Assembly (NCBI GenBank): GCA_041649025.1
Contig: JBAZNY010000001.1
Span: 8,207-72,206, forward strand
DNA: 64,000 nucleotides
From: Bdellovibrionales bacterium
GTDB lineage: Bacteria > Pseudomonadota > Alphaproteobacteria > UBA9219
Direction: 5' to 3'
The notes beneath the pieces are model-generated. The model was given only the letters and a program-made list of their open reading frames with translations, did not search any database and was not told where the DNA came from. Of this stretch, positions 37,862 through 48,935 are shown one piece after another (positions within the stretch are counted from its first letter, which is position 1; each line of letters begins with the position of its first letter). The position numbers were made by a program, and so were the translations under genes.

Positions 37862-38866
37862 ATGCCAACCGCCAAAGCCCATCTTTCGACCCAGAATTCT
37901 TACCTCCAGCCACCTTCCTGTTGGGTTGTTACCGATGGTGGGGCGGGAATGGAAAACCAATGCCTAGGTTTAGCGGTAGCGCTTGGGCTATCACCTGCGG
38001 TTAAGCGTATTAAACTGCGCAGCCCATGGAAACAGCTAAGTCCTTATTTGCGCTGCGGACTTGGGTATGCAGTCAGCGATGAAGGGGACTCCATAACACC
38101 TCCATGGCCCGATATTCTTATTGCTTCTGGACGTGCCAGTGTTCCCGCATCGCTTTATGTTCGAGAGATGTCGAGAAAAAATGAAGAAAAAGGAACTTTT
38201 ACCGTTCAAATTCAGAACCCTGTTATTGATTCGACACATTTCGACTTAGTCGTTGTTCCTCGCCACGATCAATTAAAGGGCGAAAACGTAATATCCACGA
38301 TAGGTTCATTGCATCGCGTGACGCTGGAAATGCTGTCCAGCGAAGCTGCAAAATTTTATCCGCAAGTTGCGCATTTGCCCTCACCTCGTGTTGCTGTATC
38401 GATTGGCGGGAGCAACGCCGTATACAGACTAACTCCGCGAGAAATGAAGGATATTTCTGAAAAACTAAAATCCCTCGCCGGACGCGAGGGGAGTTTGATG
38501 GTTACAACTTCTCGCCGTACGGGCGCGGAAAATCTCGCAATACTCAGGAAAGCGCTGCTAAACACACAATCGTATATTTGGGACGGCCATGGGGCAAACC
38601 CCTACTATGGTATGCTTGGCTTGGCAGACGCAATTTTAGTCACGTGCGACAGCGTTAATATGTTGTCGGAAGCGTGTTCGACTGGAAAACCAGTCATGGT
38701 GATCGATTTACCGGGTGGCTCAGATAAATTCCGGCGTTTTCATCAGACAATGCGTAATGAGGGGCTTTCACGTCCTTTTACGGGGCACATCGAAAAATGG
38801 AATTATACTCCGCTTGATGAGACGCATCTTGTGGCGGCGCGCGTCAAAGAAATGATGGGGCAATAG
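37862..38866 (+). CDS. ELM1/DUF1022 family protein (mitochondrial-fission ELM1 family; putative glycosyltransferase-like)
   Basis: CWVVTDGGAGMENQCLGLAVALG is the family's N-terminal signature; 334 aa. Confidence 0.7.
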   Translation: MPTAKAHLSTQNSYLQPPSCWVVTDGGAGMENQCLGLAVALGLSPAVKRIKLRSPWKQLSPYLRCGLGYAVSDEGDSITPPWPDILIASGRASVPASLYVREMSRKNEEKGTFTVQIQNPVIDSTHFDLVVVPRHDQLKGENVISTIGSLHRVTLEMLSSEAAKFYPQVAHLPSPRVAVSIGGSNAVYRLTPREMKDISEKLKSLAGREGSLMVTTSRRTGAENLAILRKALLNTQSYIWDGHGANPYYGMLGLADAILVTCDSVNMLSEACSTGKPVMVIDLPGGSDKFRRFHQTMRNEGLSRPFTGHIEKWNYTPLDETHLVAARVKEMMGQ

Positions 38867-38871
38867 GAGTT

Positions 38872-39420
38872 ATGAGCAAAGCCTTTACCAAAGACACTGA
38901 TGGCGAAGCCGACGAAAGCCTTGAAGCCGAAGTCGTTCCGTCGGATGTGAAAAATTATATGACCCCATGCGGTTTTACGGCGTTGAGGGAAGAATTGCGA
39001 CAACTTATGCGAGTCGAACGCCCCAAAGTCGTTGAGGTCGTTTCCTGGGCGGCGGGTAATGGCGATCGTTCGGAAAATGGCGATTATATTTATGGCAAAA
39101 AACGATTGCGGGAAATTGATCGGCGCATCCACTATCTGACCAAGAAATTAGAAACAGCGGAAATTGTCGATCCTAAACAGCAGAAAAACCGCGCACAGGT
39201 TTTTTTTGGTGCAACGGTTACTTATGTTCGTCAGGATGACGGTACGCATTCGGTAACGCTTGTCGGTATTGATGAAGCCGAACTTTCTAAAGGAAAAATT
39301 AGCTGGATATCGCCGATTGCCAAGGCGCTGCTTAAAGCGCGTGTTGGCGACGCCATAGAAGTGCGTACGCCGTCAGGTATTGATACAATCGAAATTCTTT
39401 CGATTTGTTATGAAGAATAA
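38872..39420 (+). CDS. greB: GreA/GreB-family transcription elongation factor, GreB-like
   Basis: It has the coiled-coil N-domain (...LREELRQL...) and the FKBP-like C-domain with acidic tip residues (...GDRSENGDY...). It is 182 aa and has an N-terminal acidic extension. Confidence 0.7.
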   Translation: MSKAFTKDTDGEADESLEAEVVPSDVKNYMTPCGFTALREELRQLMRVERPKVVEVVSWAAGNGDRSENGDYIYGKKRLREIDRRIHYLTKKLETAEIVDPKQQKNRAQVFFGATVTYVRQDDGTHSVTLVGIDEAELSKGKISWISPIAKALLKARVGDAIEVRTPSGIDTIEILSICYEE

Positions 39421-39596
39421 CAATCCAAGGTTCCCGAAATTTAAATAGTCTCTATCAGGCAGGCTCAAATCAGGATCATCCTTCTGAAATTTCAAAGGGG
39501 AGGGCAAAAAACTGTATTCACATCATCGGTTTACGAGTGACATTGACCTTAGATTGAGATAATTCTTTAATCCCACCTTCCTGCATAGGTACAGAC

Positions 39597-41378
39597 GTGC
39601 TGAAATTCATAATAAATTGCTTTGCGTTAATAGGCTTCCTGATTGTTTCGCTGATCATTTGGGGCTGTGTTGTCGCTTTTGATGCGCAAAGCCGCATAGA
39701 GCCGGAACCTGCGAACGTTGTTCTAACAATTGATTTTAATCGCTCTATCGTCGAGCAAAGGGATTCGTCACCATTTAGTATAGCCATGGACGATGATCCA
39801 ATGGCTCTGCTGGATGTTTTGACGGCGATTGATCATGCGGCACAGGACTCCCATGTCAAAGGAATCGTGGCGCGTTTTGGTACAAAACAGCCAACACTAA
39901 CGCAGGCGCAGGAACTTCGCTCAGCCTTAGATCGTTTTCGTGCAACAGGAAAATTTACATACGCCTATGGAACGGACTATGGCGAATTTGGATTGGGAAA
40001 CCGCGCCTACTTTCTTGCTAGTGCTTTTGAAAACATTTGGCTTCAACCTGTTGGAACTGTCAGCTTAACGGGAGTTTCCATCCGGTCGCCATTTGCCAAA
40101 ACGGCATTAGATAAAGTAGGCGTTGTTGCCGATTTTATGCAACGCGAAGAATACAAATCTTTTATGGAAATCGGCCAACGCGACAGCTTTTCTCCGCTCG
40201 TCAAAGCGGAAATGCAGGAAATGATTGATAATCTATCCGATCAGATCGCTCAGGGCATTGCGGCAAGCCGGAAATGGGATGTCGATCACGTCAAGAATCT
40301 GATGGCGCGGGGACCCTATACGGATGAAGAGGCTATACAGGAGGGCTTGGTTACGAGGCTTGCTTATGCCGATGAATTTGAAGAAGAAATTGACCATAAG
40401 GCTGGTAAGGATGCCGAACAAACCACTGTTGATGATTATCTTGCTTACGTCGAAGGAAAACTAAGTTCGAAAAACGAAACGGCCATAGCACTTATCTATG
40501 GAACCGGCGTTATCGTGGACAAAGGCTTCGATGGCGGAGACTTGTCGGGCGAACGGATTATGGGGGCGGATATTGTTGCTTCGGCTTTTTTTGATGCCGT
40601 AGAAGATATATCCATAAAAGCGATATTGTTCCGCGTCGATAGCCCTGGCGGTACGCCTTCGGCTTCGGAAACCATTCGCCGTGCGATCATTCATGCTCAG
40701 AAAAAAGGTAAGCCGGTAATAGTATCGATGGGTGAATCAGCAGCATCGGGCGGCTATTGGGTTGCCATGAATGGCGATAAAATCATTGCCGATCCTGCAA
40801 CATTGACCGGTTCCATAGGCGTGATTGCCGGAAAGTTTGCTGCCGAAGGATTGTTGCAGAAAATGGGTGTGTCGGTTGATGGCGTTTCTACGGCGCCGAA
40901 TTCCGGTATGTGGAATATGATGTCCTCTTTCACGCCCATACAAAGAGCAAGAGTAAATGCGCTTCTGGATAATACATACCGTACTTTTGTCAGCAACGTA
41001 GCGACGGCGCGCAAAATTCCGTTAGAGAAAATGCCGGATATAGCTAAAGGCCGCGTCTTTACAGGAGAACAAGCAGTCAAAATAGGTTTGGTTGACGAGC
41101 TTGGAGGTTTTGACGTGGCATTAAAGGCTGTTCGCAAGGTGTTAAATCTTGATGATCAGGCGCTTATTTCTCTCGAGGCCTTTCCTGTGCCGCCGACCCC
41201 GGCGGAACGTCTGCTAAAATTTATGCGACGGTTTGGTGTGGAAAACGCATCCATGGCGTCGACCCTCGCGAAATTTGCAAAAATACAGGAATCATTAAAC
41301 CCCATCTTCAGGATGATGTCTTTTTCCGAACACCCAATTGTAGCGCGCATGCAACCAATGGAGGGGGCTTATGAGTGA
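39597..41378 (+). CDS. sppA: Signal peptide peptidase SppA (67K type, tandem S49 domains)
   Basis: Two ClpP/crotonase-fold repeats carry the catalytic Ser and Lys blocks (...SMGESAASGGYWVAM...). It has an N-terminal TM anchor and is 593 aa. Confidence 0.85.
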   Translation: MLKFIINCFALIGFLIVSLIIWGCVVAFDAQSRIEPEPANVVLTIDFNRSIVEQRDSSPFSIAMDDDPMALLDVLTAIDHAAQDSHVKGIVARFGTKQPTLTQAQELRSALDRFRATGKFTYAYGTDYGEFGLGNRAYFLASAFENIWLQPVGTVSLTGVSIRSPFAKTALDKVGVVADFMQREEYKSFMEIGQRDSFSPLVKAEMQEMIDNLSDQIAQGIAASRKWDVDHVKNLMARGPYTDEEAIQEGLVTRLAYADEFEEEIDHKAGKDAEQTTVDDYLAYVEGKLSSKNETAIALIYGTGVIVDKGFDGGDLSGERIMGADIVASAFFDAVEDISIKAILFRVDSPGGTPSASETIRRAIIHAQKKGKPVIVSMGESAASGGYWVAMNGDKIIADPATLTGSIGVIAGKFAAEGLLQKMGVSVDGVSTAPNSGMWNMMSSFTPIQRARVNALLDNTYRTFVSNVATARKIPLEKMPDIAKGRVFTGEQAVKIGLVDELGGFDVALKAVRKVLNLDDQALISLEAFPVPPTPAERLLKFMRRFGVENASMASTLAKFAKIQESLNPIFRMMSFSEHPIVARMQPMEGAYE

Positions 41379-42507
41379 TTTTATTCCCTTCGTCGTTCTC
41401 GCTGCCGGGGGAACCGGAGGCCATATTTTTCCTGCAGAGGCTTTAGCCCGTGAATTGTTGGGGAGGGGGTATCGCGTTGCCTTGATCACGGATCATCGTG
41501 GTTCAAAGTTTAGCGATGATTTGCTTGTTCCTGTTTATCGCATTCGTGCCAGTTCATTAGGGAGTGGCGTTTTTGATAAGATTCGAAGCGTTGCAGAAAT
41601 GTGCATCGGCGTTTTTCAGGCACGATGGCGCCTAAGTAAACTGCGCCCGACTGTTGTGGTCGGTTTTGGCGGCTATCCTTCCGTTCCTACGCTATTTGCC
41701 GCAGCTCAATTGAATATCCCCATCGTTATCCACGAACAAAATGCAATTTTGGGTCGTGCTAATCGTGCATTGATGGGTAAAGCGCGTGTCATAGCGACAT
41801 CATTCCCACAAGTTATTGGATTGAATCCTCCGGTTGGCTCACGCTTGGTTTATACTGGGAGTCCCGTTCGTCCAGACTTTATAGCATTACGTGCCAAGCC
41901 GTATGGGACCTTATCCGAAGAAGGCCCAATGAAAATTCTTATCATTGGCGGAAGCCTTGGCGCGCGCGTACTAAGCAAGGTTGTGCCGCAAGCTATGGCT
42001 TTAATGCCTGAGCATCTGCGTCGCCGCATCGTGATTTCGCAACAGTGCCGCAAGGAAGACATTGAGGCCGCGCGCTCTTCATATGCTGCTATCGGCGTCG
42101 AGGCAGAGCTTGCGACGTTCTTCCATGACGTTCCCGAAAGAATGTCTGAGGCGCACCTTGTAATATGCCGTTCCGGCGGCTCGACTATTGCTGAGCTTAC
42201 AGTAATCGGGCGACCCTCAATTTTAATTCCATTCACCGGCGGACATGCTGGAGAACAAACGGCCAATGCTGAAGCTGTAGCAGAAGCAGGCGGCGCGTGG
42301 TTGATTCCAGAACAGGCATTTACGCCGGAGTCCTTAGCCGTTAGATTGGAATCATTGATGGCTCTTCCGTCGTCTTTGACAAAAACGGCAGCCGCCGCGC
42401 GTGCTTGGGGTAAAGTAACGGCGGTTGACAATCTTGCTGATTGTGTTGCTACGCTTGTTAAATCTACCGGAGTGTTTTTTGAAAATTTAAAGGTGTCGGA
42501 TAAATAG
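41371..42507 (+). CDS. murG: UDP-N-acetylglucosamine--N-acetylmuramyl-(pentapeptide) pyrophosphoryl-undecaprenol GlcNAc transferase
   Basis: ...[17 protein letters not shown]... G-loop, GT28 N- and C-domains; 378 aa. It overlaps sppA by 8 bp. Confidence 0.9.
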   Translation: MSDFIPFVVLAAGGTGGHIFPAEALARELLGRGYRVALITDHRGSKFSDDLLVPVYRIRASSLGSGVFDKIRSVAEMCIGVFQARWRLSKLRPTVVVGFGGYPSVPTLFAAAQLNIPIVIHEQNAILGRANRALMGKARVIATSFPQVIGLNPPVGSRLVYTGSPVRPDFIALRAKPYGTLSEEGPMKILIIGGSLGARVLSKVVPQAMALMPEHLRRRIVISQQCRKEDIEAARSSYAAIGVEAELATFFHDVPERMSEAHLVICRSGGSTIAELTVIGRPSILIPFTGGHAGEQTANAEAVAEAGGAWLIPEQAFTPESLAVRLESLMALPSSLTKTAAAARAWGKVTAVDNLADCVATLVKSTGVFFENLKVSDK

Positions 42508-42508
42508 G

Positions 42509-43975
42509 ATGAACTGGACTCAAGCAACAAGCCGCGAACATTTTTCGCCGCAATCCGTCGGAATTATCCATTTTGTAGGAATTGGCGGAATCGGCATGAG
42601 CGGGATCGCAGAAATTCTGCATAATCTCGGTTACAAAGTTCAAGGTAGCGATTTAAGCGATAACGCTAACGTTAAGCGCTTGCGCGACAAAGGCATCACA
42701 ATCAACATCGGACACAAAGCCGAAAATATAGCCGGAGCAAATGTCGTCGTTGTTTCCTCCGCCGTAAAAAAAGACAACCCGGAAGCTGTCGCCGCGCGAG
42801 AGGCCTTTTTGCCCGTTGTTCGCCGTGCCGAAATGCTTGGCGAGCTTATGCGTCTTAAGTGGGCCGTTGCTGTCGGGGGCACGCATGGAAAAACGACCAC
42901 AACGTCGATGATTGCATCCCTATTCGAAATGGCAAATTTTGATCCGACAGTTATCAATGGGGGTATTATTAATGCTTACGGGACAAATGCGCGGTTGGGA
43001 TCTGGCGAGTGGATGGTTGTAGAGTCGGACGAATCCGACGGCAGCTTTACTAAACTTCCCGCTACGGTAGTTGTTGTCACCAATATGGATCCTGAGCATA
43101 TGGATCACTACCATGATTTTGATGCGGTAAGACGTGCCTATGAGACTTTTGTGCAGAACATCCCATTTTATGGCTATGCCGTATTGTGCGTTGATCATCC
43201 CGAAGTTCAGGAGCTTGTCGCGCGTGTTCAGGATCGTAAGATCATCACATGCGGCTTTTCTCCGCAAGCCGATGTGCGCGCGATTAATATAGAACCAAAA
43301 ATGGATGGAACGCGTTTTGATGTTGTTGTGGCGGATCGTAAAAAAGGCGTTACTCGAACAATTGATAATTTCTTTTTGTCTGTCATTGGACTTCACAACG
43401 TTCAAAATTCCTTAGCTGCGATCAGCGTCGGTTTGCAGCTAGGTATTAGCGATGATGTATTGCGTTCATTTTTGGCAAAATTTGAGAGTGTAAAACGGCG
43501 TTTTACGCGCACCGGAGTCGTGAAGGGCATAACTATAGTTGATGATTATGGCCACCATCCTGCTGAAATCGTTGCAACGTTGAAAGCCGCGCGGCAAGCC
43601 ATAGGAGACAAGGGCAAGATTATTGCTGTTATGCAGCCGCACCGTTATACGCGCTTGTCAAATCTGTTCAACGATTTCTGCAAATCGTTTAACGATGCCG
43701 ACAGTGTCATTGTTGCGGATGTCTATACTGCAGGTGAACAGCCCATCGAAGGAGCCAATCGCGATGCTTTGGTCGCGGGGTTGCAAGCTTATGGTCATCG
43801 CAATGTTCATTCTTTGAGCGACCCTAAAGAGCTTGCCTCGATCATTGCTGAATTAGCAACAGAAGGCGACTATGTCATTTGTCTTGGCGCGGGTTCGATT
43901 AGTGCGTGGGCTTACGCTTTGCCGGAAGAGTTAGAAGCGCTTTTTGCCAAGAGCAAGCATAAGATGAACAGGTAG
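42509..43975 (+). CDS. murC: UDP-N-acetylmuramate--L-alanine ligase
   Basis: ...[18 protein letters not shown]......[13 protein letters not shown]... Mur ligase domains; 488 aa. Confidence 0.95.
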   Translation: MNWTQATSREHFSPQSVGIIHFVGIGGIGMSGIAEILHNLGYKVQGSDLSDNANVKRLRDKGITINIGHKAENIAGANVVVVSSAVKKDNPEAVAAREAFLPVVRRAEMLGELMRLKWAVAVGGTHGKTTTTSMIASLFEMANFDPTVINGGIINAYGTNARLGSGEWMVVESDESDGSFTKLPATVVVVTNMDPEHMDHYHDFDAVRRAYETFVQNIPFYGYAVLCVDHPEVQELVARVQDRKIITCGFSPQADVRAINIEPKMDGTRFDVVVADRKKGVTRTIDNFFLSVIGLHNVQNSLAAISVGLQLGISDDVLRSFLAKFESVKRRFTRTGVVKGITIVDDYGHHPAEIVATLKAARQAIGDKGKIIAVMQPHRYTRLSNLFNDFCKSFNDADSVIVADVYTAGEQPIEGANRDALVAGLQAYGHRNVHSLSDPKELASIIAELATEGDYVICLGAGSISAWAYALPEELEALFAKSKHKMNR

Positions 43976-43986
43976 TATTATATTAC

Positions 43987-44442
43987 CTATTTTCTGCGCG
44001 CACTACGTCTTTCCCAAATCATTTTCATTTTCAGATAAGCAAAGGCCGCTGACCAAGCGATCATCATCATACCGACGAGAGACTCACTTGCGGCAAGTGC
44101 GCGAACGGGGCCGATCAAACGGATGCCATTATCTCCGAGGGAGGTGTAATTCACAGACGACAAGTATAGAAGAATGCTAAAATCATTTCCAAAGGCACCT
44201 TCTGCCGCGCCCAGAACGGGGAAAGCAACCAAAGCGTTCATCGCAAGCGCAAATAGCCATATTTCTAAGATATGACCAAACAGAAGACCCGCAATGGCGT
44301 ACGCCATGACTCGACGCGAACGGGCGCATTTTTGTGCCCAAGGAATAATCCGGTCGGAAACGACCATGATGACTTCATAATGAAGAATCACGGTCGCAAT
44401 CACCATGATGGTGGAGATGAACCAGACAACGTAATCAATCAT
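43987..44442 (-). CDS. Small ion-channel-like membrane protein (Ion_trans_2-like with a non-canonical pore motif)
   Basis: It is 151 aa with two TM helices flanking a re-entrant ...YLSSVNYTSLGDNGIRLIGP... segment (cf. the TVGYGD filter). Confidence 0.45.
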   Translation of the reverse strand: MIDYVVWFISTIMVIATVILHYEVIMVVSDRIIPWAQKCARSRRVMAYAIAGLLFGHILEIWLFALAMNALVAFPVLGAAEGAFGNDFSILLYLSSVNYTSLGDNGIRLIGPVRALAASESLVGMMMIAWSAAFAYLKMKMIWERRSARRK

Positions 44443-44563
44443 AGTTTTGCCTCTAAAGATAATTTTTCAGGCCGTCTCGCTAAGATCAGCATGAAATTGA
44501 TAATATTTTAATAATGCGCAGGCATGGTCTAGTCAGACTTACATTTATCTGGCAGAATAAGGC

Positions 44564-45574
44564 ATGAGCAAATATGACCCAGAGAAAATTTCCCTTGCAT
44601 CTCATGTTGTTATGGCGGTTGGCCTTATAGCCGTTTTGCTGCTTGGTTTGCTTCCGGCGTTGCTCGCGGGACTTCTCGTTTATAATATCATTGTATTCGG
44701 AGCTAAAAGTCTATGCCGTGTCGGCGTTTTGCCGAATGCGGCAAAGATTATGCTGTTGGCGATAATTTTTCTGGTGGTTATCTCCCTATTTACGATAGGG
44801 GGCGTCAAGCTCGCGTCATTTGTGAGCGATGAGCCGGAAAGCCTTGTCGTTTTAATCAAGCATATGGCGGACGTCGTTAATTCAGCACGTAAAAGCATGC
44901 CGGATTGGATTATAGGGAATCTGCCTTCGAACATTGAAGGATGGCAGGCAGAGGCTCACGAGTGGCTGCTCAGTAACGCCCGATATTTGAGCGCGTTTGG
45001 GCGTGGCGCCGGAATGTTTTTTGTAAACATCATTTTTGGGATGATCATCGGTGGCTTGGCGGCAGTGCATGCGACGGATGAGATAAAAGAGAGGCCCTTC
45101 ACCAAGGCTCTTGATGACCGTGCGATATGCCTAAGTCTTGCTTTTCGTAGAGTTGTGTTCTCCCAGATCAGGATTTCTGCTCTTAACACCTTTTTGACGG
45201 GGATTTTCCTTGCCATCGTTATGCCGACGCTTGGTTTTCATCTGCCGCTCGTCAAAACGATGATTGCCGTTACCTTTATCGTCGGACTAATGCCGATTAT
45301 CGGGAACATCATCTCGAACACGGTCATTTTCCTCATCGCGCTAGGTGTTTCCCCCGGAGCTTCTGTCGGCGCGCTGGTTTTTCTTATTTTTATTCACAAG
45401 CTTGAATATTTTATCAACGCCCGCATTATTGGATCGCGGATTAGCGCCCATGCATGGGAACTTCTTGTTGCCATGCTTGTCATGGATGCTGCTTTTGGGG
45501 TTGCAGGGCTGGTTGCTGCACCTATTTATTACGCTTACATCAAAGACGAACTTGTCAACAAGGGACTCGTCTGA
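44564..45574 (+). CDS. AI-2E (PerM/YhhT) family transporter
   Basis: It is 336 aa with 7-8 TM helices, the family-typical arrangement and a C-terminal ...GLMPIIGNIISNTVIFLIAL... block. Confidence 0.7.
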   Translation: MSKYDPEKISLASHVVMAVGLIAVLLLGLLPALLAGLLVYNIIVFGAKSLCRVGVLPNAAKIMLLAIIFLVVISLFTIGGVKLASFVSDEPESLVVLIKHMADVVNSARKSMPDWIIGNLPSNIEGWQAEAHEWLLSNARYLSAFGRGAGMFFVNIIFGMIIGGLAAVHATDEIKERPFTKALDDRAICLSLAFRRVVFSQIRISALNTFLTGIFLAIVMPTLGFHLPLVKTMIAVTFIVGLMPIIGNIISNTVIFLIALGVSPGASVGALVFLIFIHKLEYFINARIIGSRISAHAWELLVAMLVMDAAFGVAGLVAAPIYYAYIKDELVNKGLV

Positions 45575-45757
45575 TTCCTCAAATTTTCCACGCAAATTGG
45601 GTTCGCATTTTGTCTGCGAAGACGCTGTTATTGTTCGTATCAAGCGTGATATTCCCCTCTTAACCATCCCTTGCGGACTCTAGGATTAATGCGCTAGAGT
45701 CGCCTCGGTATTTGTTAGAATCCCTTCAAGATGCCTTATCAATAGGAGCTTTTCCCG

Positions 45758-46402
45758 ATGTCATCTACAGAACGCCACCCCCTTGAGACGTTTGACAATA
45801 TGCTTGTTCCGATTGTAATTGAACAAACCTCACGCGGAGAGCGGTCATTCGATATTTTCTCGCGGCTGCTCAAAGAACGTATCATTTTTCTATCAGGCGA
45901 AGTGAACGACAGCGTTTCTAGCCTTGTCTGTGCCCAGCTTCTTTTTCTTGAATCCGAAAATCCGTCCAAGGAAATTTCGTTCTACATCAATTCGCCGGGA
46001 GGCATCGTTTCATCCGGACTCGCGATGTACGATACGATGCAATATATCAAATCGCCCGTTTCAACCATATGCGTCGGCCAAGCCTGTTCGATGGGGTCGC
46101 TCCTTTTGGCGGCAGGGGCGGCAGGAAAGCGTTATGCCCTTCCCAACAGCCGCATTATGATTCATCAACCCTCTGGCGGTGCGCAAGGGCAGGCGACGGA
46201 TATCGAAATTCAGGCGCGTGAAATTCTTAAGCAACGTCAACGGTTAAACGAGATATATGTCCATCATTGTAAGCAATCAATCGAGAAGATTTCTGCGGCA
46301 GTTGAGCGCGATAATTTTATGTCTGCAGAAGAGGCAAAGGCCTTTGGTCTGATCGATGAAGTGTTTTCAAAGCGTCCGGAAAAGACGGAAGGAGATAAAT
46401 AA
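45758..46402 (+). CDS. clpP: ATP-dependent Clp protease proteolytic subunit
   Basis: ...[21 protein letters not shown]...[14 protein letters not shown]......MIHQPSGG...; 214 aa. Confidence 0.95.
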   Translation: MSSTERHPLETFDNMLVPIVIEQTSRGERSFDIFSRLLKERIIFLSGEVNDSVSSLVCAQLLFLESENPSKEISFYINSPGGIVSSGLAMYDTMQYIKSPVSTICVGQACSMGSLLLAAGAAGKRYALPNSRIMIHQPSGGAQGQATDIEIQAREILKQRQRLNEIYVHHCKQSIEKISAAVERDNFMSAEEAKAFGLIDEVFSKRPEKTEGDK

Positions 46403-46476
46403 GCAACTTAACGCCTTGGTAACCAATATTTTTTAGAGTGTGGATCAGCTAATACAGCTAGGATTAAGAGAGTTTC

Positions 46477-47751
46477 ATGACAAAGCCAACGACCCCAGAT
46501 TCAAAAAACACGCTTTACTGCTCCTTCTGCGGTAAAAGCCAGCACGAGGTGCGTAAGCTGATCGCTGGTCCGACTGTATTCATTTGCGATGAATGCGTCG
46601 AACTCTGCATGGACATTATCCGTGAAGAAAGCAAAACGACGCTTACCAAGTCCAAAGAAGGCGTTCCATCGCCGAAAGATATTATGGCGATCCTCAATGA
46701 TTATGTGATTGGCCAAGATCACGCCAAGCGTGTTTTGTCGGTTGCGGTGCATAACCATTACAAACGGTTGGCTCATGGTGCGCGCAGCTCGGATGTTGAG
46801 TTGGCAAAATCGAACATTCTTTTGGTGGGGCCGACCGGTTGCGGCAAAACGCTTTTAGCGCAGACATTGGCGCGCATCATCGATGTGCCGTTCACGATGG
46901 CCGATGCGACAACATTGACTGAAGCCGGCTACGTCGGTGAAGACGTCGAAAACATTATCCTCAAGCTGCTTCAAGCCGCTGATTATAACGTCGAACGCAC
47001 TCAGCGCGGCATCGTTTATATTGATGAAATCGATAAAATCAGCCGTAAATCGGACAATCCTTCAATTACCCGCGACGTTTCTGGTGAAGGCGTGCAACAG
47101 GCTTTGCTTAAGCTGATGGAAGGGACGATTGCCTCTGTTCCCCCACAAGGCGGTCGCAAGCACCCGCAGCAGGAATTTTTGCAGGTTGATACGACTAACA
47201 TATTATTTATATGCGGCGGCGCGTTCTCCGGACTTGAAAAAATTATTTCAGCTCGTGGACGCGGCAGCTCGATAGGTTTTGGCGCTGATGTGCGAGGCCC
47301 CGATGAGCGTCGTACGGGGGATATTTTGCAGGGAACGGAACCGGAAGATTTGTTGAAATTCGGCCTCATCCCTGAATTTATCGGACGTCTGCCCGTCATT
47401 GCGACGCTTACGGATCTTGATGAAGCGGCGCTCATCGATATTCTGACGTCGCCCAAGAATGCGCTTGTCAAGCAGTTCCAACGCTTGTTTGAAATGGAAG
47501 ACATTAAGCTTGAGGTTGATAATAATGCACTAAAGGCCATTGCTAACAAGGCCATTGCCCGCAAAACAGGTGCGCGCGGTCTGCGTTCAATTATGGAAGG
47601 CGTCTTGCTTGATTCCATGTATGAACTTCCAGGAACAATGGATGTTGAAAAGGTTCTTATTACTCAAGACGTTGTTGAGGGCAAATCGAAGCCCATTTAT
47701 GTTCACGGCGAAAAACGTGAAGGTACGTCCATGGCCGCTGCCAAGGCGTAA
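46477..47751 (+). CDS. clpX: ATP-dependent Clp protease ATP-binding subunit ClpX
   Basis: C4 zinc finger ([11 protein letters not shown]...CDEC), Walker [16 protein letters not shown], Walker [11 protein letters not shown]; 424 aa. Confidence 0.95.
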   Translation: MTKPTTPDSKNTLYCSFCGKSQHEVRKLIAGPTVFICDECVELCMDIIREESKTTLTKSKEGVPSPKDIMAILNDYVIGQDHAKRVLSVAVHNHYKRLAHGARSSDVELAKSNILLVGPTGCGKTLLAQTLARIIDVPFTMADATTLTEAGYVGEDVENIILKLLQAADYNVERTQRGIVYIDEIDKISRKSDNPSITRDVSGEGVQQALLKLMEGTIASVPPQGGRKHPQQEFLQVDTTNILFICGGAFSGLEKIISARGRGSSIGFGADVRGPDERRTGDILQGTEPEDLLKFGLIPEFIGRLPVIATLTDLDEAALIDILTSPKNALVKQFQRLFEMEDIKLEVDNNALKAIANKAIARKTGARGLRSIMEGVLLDSMYELPGTMDVEKVLITQDVVEGKSKPIYVHGEKREGTSMAAAKA

Positions 47752-47772
47752 CGACGAAAGGGAGGCTGTTTT

Positions 47773-48147
47773 ATGCCGGAAAGCCTTATGCGCGCGAAAA
47801 TCAAGGAAGCTTTGGCGGCGACGGGTCAAAATCGACACGACGCTCACAAGCTCCTTATCACATGGGCTGTACGCGATCCCGCATTGCTCTTGGCAATGAC
47901 CAAACCTCATCTCAAAGCGATAGCCACGGGGCATATCGACCATTATTTGAGGCTTACCTCTGACAACAATGTGGACGATTCAAGCCCCGAAAAACTATCG
48001 CGTTCTGCCATCGACGATATCGTCTCATCGTCGCGGCTTCCCTCTGACAGGCGTCAAAATCCGGCAGTGCCTCCGCCAAAATCGACCGAACGCCAGGCTT
48101 CGACAATGCGCAAATTAGCCGCAGCGTTTACGAGGAAGAAGAAATAA
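47773..48147 (+). CDS. Hypothetical protein (124 aa, basic C-terminus)
   Basis: An ORF immediately downstream of clpX with no recognised motif. Confidence 0.35.
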   Translation: MPESLMRAKIKEALAATGQNRHDAHKLLITWAVRDPALLLAMTKPHLKAIATGHIDHYLRLTSDNNVDDSSPEKLSRSAIDDIVSSSRLPSDRRQNPAVPPPKSTERQASTMRKLAAAFTRKKK

Positions 48148-48153
48148 ACGCAG

Positions 48154-48570
48154 ATGAAAAACGCGAAAAAGACCGTCGGCGATTTTATCGATCGGCTTAG
48201 TGTTTGCGTTATGACTTCCGTCGATAAAGACGGTTTTCCTCATACAAAAGCCATGCGCCCGAGAAAAAGGGACGGCATTAAGCATATCTATTTTTCGACA
48301 AATGCCTTGTACGATGGAACAGAGCGTTATCTGGAAAATCCGAAAGCTTGTGTATATTTCTTTACAGAAGATAAAGCTGTTTTGCTTATCGGAACAATGG
48401 AAGTGTTGAGCGACAAGGCTTCCAAAAAAATGATCTGGAAAACCAGCGACGAACAATATTACACAAAAGGCATGGATGACCCTGACATCCGCGTTTTAAA
48501 ATTTACAGCACAAAGCGGAAGATATTATGGTGACGGCGAATCCGAGGATTTTGCAGTGGAGTTAACCTAG
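48154..48570 (+). CDS. Pyridoxamine 5'-phosphate oxidase-like (FMN-binding split-barrel, general-stress-protein-26-like)
   Basis: It is 138 aa and the pattern ...VCVMTSVDKDGFPHTKAM......ACVYFFTEDKAVLLIGTMEV... matches the PNPOx-like fold family. Confidence 0.55.
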   Translation: MKNAKKTVGDFIDRLSVCVMTSVDKDGFPHTKAMRPRKRDGIKHIYFSTNALYDGTERYLENPKACVYFFTEDKAVLLIGTMEVLSDKASKKMIWKTSDEQYYTKGMDDPDIRVLKFTAQSGRYYGDGESEDFAVELT

Positions 48571-48574
48571 CCGT

Positions 48575-48690
48575 ACGACGAATTAATTACTCCACGTCTC
48601 CCAATCTCTTTTCGAGATTCGAGAAGCGCGTGAACTGTCCATCGACGTGCAGCTTGATCGTGCCGATGGAATTCCGGGGACACAATACTT
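48575..48690 (-). repeat. Left (attL-like) direct repeat: a displaced, diverged copy of the dnaB 3' end
   Basis: A 45-nt stretch (48587-48631) is identical to the 3' terminus of dnaB including its stop, followed by about 58 nt at about 80% identity. The reverse strand encodes ...PRNSIGTIKLHVDGQFTRFSNLEKRLGDVE*, against ...RHGPIGTIELHFDGQFTRFSNLEKRLGDVE* in the real dnaB. Confidence 0.8.
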
Positions 48691-48935
48691 AATGACTGTC
48701 AAATTTGCGGAAAATGGTTAAAGAGGAACTGCCGAATTGAGGTGGCGGACTCCTTTTGCTGCCGAAAAATGAGGATGTTCTATATTTGTGGTTAAGAGGT
48801 GAGCAGAAAAAACTCTCCATATTCTTGGGAACAGGAGGGTTTTTATGCATAGAAAGTATTTTAATCACAGACTCTGGTCTGGAAGATCAGTAAAGATAGA
48901 GCCTTATAAGAATCTGGCTTTGCCATAATGCGAAT

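Noticed and set aside
41850-42530. 226-aa ORF antisense to murG
   Set aside because: It is a Ser/Ala-rich antisense frame of a conserved gene.
47016-47618. 200-aa ORF antisense to clpX
   Set aside because: It is embedded in clpX and is a low-complexity antisense frame.
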